Both the position numbers and the translations under genes were made by a program. Shown here piece after piece: positions 62,282 through 64,000 of a stretch of 64,000 nucleotides of DNA. The stretch comes from an uncultured delta proteobacterium (lineage in GTDB: Bacteria > Myxococcota > Myxococcia > Myxococcales > Anaeromyxobacteraceae), in contig CAWJSR010000058.1 in assembly GCA_963845515.1 (NCBI GenBank), positions 71,503-135,502 of the forward strand. The letters run 5' to 3'. The notes beneath the pieces are model-generated. The model worked only from the letters and a program-made list of their open reading frames with translations, had not been told where the DNA came from and ran no database searches. The first letter of the stretch is position 1. Every line of letters starts with the position of its first letter.

Positions 62282-63856
62282 GGTTCGTCTCCTTCGTTCA
62301 GCCGCTCGCGACGTGCGGGCGGAAGGGCGTAGTGGCTCGCGGGCCGCAGGAAGCGGGCGAGCGGGATGATCTGCGCGGTGTGCTGCGGCTCGATCCGGGT
62401 ATCGAGCCGAACGAGGTCGGCGAGCCGGTAGATGTCGATCATGTCGGCGTCGAGCGCGGTCTTGCAGCTCGCGTCGAGGCGGTCGCCGAACTTCCGGGCG
62501 AGGCCGAGGAGCTTGAAGAGGCTGCGCAGCTTCGTCCACGGCAGCGGCCCGGCCGCGAGCGCCTCGGCGTAGCCGGCCGACGTGTTCGCCGTACTCGCGC
62601 GCCTTGTTCACGAAGAAGGCGGCATCGCGCTGGCCGGCGGCGAACTCCTCCGGGGGGAAGTCGGCTGGGTCGATGGCGCGCTCGCCGGGCCGCTTGCGCG
62701 GGTGCGTCTTCACGATCTTTCCGTGCTCGTAGAAGCGGACGAGCTGGCTGTCGGCGCGGACGCGAAGCTCGTGGCCACGCATGCCGAACGGGAAGGAGTA
62801 GAGGCTCTTCGCGACCGCGGCGAACTGGTCGCGGGCCACCTTGCAGTCGGACCAGAGCGGGATGTCGTACGCCTCGGTTGGCGGGGCCTTGAGCGCTGGC
62901 CGCTCCTCGTCCTCGAACTGCTCGCGCGGCAGCCGCTGCGTCCGGCTGTGGCGCTTCATGCCGTACTCCTCGAGGCCCCAGCGGCGGCCGCGCACGCGGG
63001 CATCGTCGAGGGTCCGAAGCCTCTCGCCGCCGTAGCAGTCGTCGCGGACGGTCGGAACCGTGCGCTCCACGCGGGCCTTGTCCTTCGGACGGCGCACTCG
63101 CGTCGTGTCGATGAGGAAGCCGCGCTTCTGCGCGTACTCGAGGAACGCCTCGGTGATGGTCGGCGAGATCGGGTCGGCCTTCGCCACGATCGCCTTGGTG
63201 TTGTCGGGGATGATGACGTGGAAGACGCCGCCGAAGTATTCCCACGCGGCTTCGCACGCCTCGATCGCCGTCTCGGTCGTCTCGCTGAAGACCGGGTAGA
63301 CGAAGCGGTGGCGCGAGCGGACCGAAGTGAAGATCCAGGCGCGGAACCGGCGACGCTTGCCGAACACGTCGGGCTCCAGATACGTCATCCAGCCGGTGTC
63401 GACCTGGAGTTCCTCCCCAGGCTCGCAGTCGGCGACCGGCATCGTGGGCGCGCCGCTCCCGAACCCGAGCTGCTCCAGCGCGAAGCGCCGCAGCGTCGGA
63501 TACGCGATGTCGACGCCCCGCCGCCGGAGGAGCTTACCGACCTTGCTGAGCCGAACGCGGTGGCCGAGGTGGCCCGCGATGAATTCGCGGTGCGCCTCGC
63601 AGACCGCCCACCCGTCGCCGCGCGGCCGACCCATCGCTGGCTGCGTCGCCGCCATCACCGCTGCGACCAGCTCGTCGTCGAGCGCCCCCGTCCCGTGCGC
63701 CGGCTCGACCCCTCGAGCGCGGGCGGCCGCGAGGTACCGCCGCACCGTCTTCACGTCGAAGCCGAGCTGCTCGGCGATCCGCTTCTTCGGAACGCCCAGC
63801 AACCACAGCCTCAGGATCTCTTTGACCTCAAGCATCGTGACCTCGCGAAACGCCAT
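62278..63856 (-). CDS. istA: IS21 transposase IstA (indel ~62575)
   Basis: HTH KTVRRY; DDE: LQVD, PDN, KARVER. Confidence 0.93.
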
Positions 63857-64000
63857 TCCCGCCTCCCGTCCGTGGACGGGCGCAGGGTGGCAGTCAGGTC
63901 ACGCCGATGGGGGAGGGAATACTTCTGCAAAACCCTCAGGTCCGAGGGGGGAACACTTCTGCAAAACTCACGCGGCCGGGGTCCCTACCTTCTGAAAACC

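Larger units (their letters stand above)
61421..64000 (-). mobile_element. IS21 family insertion sequence (left end runs about 4 bp past the window)
   Basis: istA-istB; terminal IR TGTCGGTTTGCAGAGGGATGGGACCCC at 61421 matches GGGGTCCCTACCTTCTGAAAACC at the window end; internal repeats GGGAA(T/C)ACTTCTGCAA. Confidence 0.93.

Noticed and set aside
61780..62600. Programmed frameshifting in istA/istB
   Set aside because: No slippery heptamer was seen, and the same kind of indel occurs throughout the window.

Overview
This window is very GC-rich bacterial chromosome. The gene content (MXAN_5808-type S41 protease, giant TPR protein, MYXO-CTERM-like protein, PEGA protein) suggests Myxococcota, probably Anaeromyxobacter-like; that assignment is an inference. 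Bases 1-53.25 kb are mostly core genes: ZIP transporter, dusB, LysM lytic transglycosylase, a moxR/DUF58/batA-E operon, PilZ protein plus response regulator, outer-membrane and lipoproteins, gshA, a Gly-rich Notch-type EGF surface protein, EI24/CysZ, S41 protease, a 3563-aa TPR protein, queC, ddpX, an orphan N6-adenine methyltransferase, dacB, a Wsp-like chemosensory operon and ssb. A decayed and deleted gene pair lies at 4.4-7.4 kb. Right after ssb the composition becomes visibly less GC-rich and an accessory island begins. It holds a YfbM/DUF1877 gene, a four-gene GInt-like module (three tyrosine recombinases plus a GinD-like protein) with att-like repeats upstream, an XRE regulator, a resolvase-fold gene interrupted by an IS21 element, and the nearly complete IS21. 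Many genes carry single-base frameshifts that look like assembly or sequencing indels, so frameshifted genes are mostly annotated as CDS rather than pseudogenes. No rRNA, tRNA or CRISPR array was seen.
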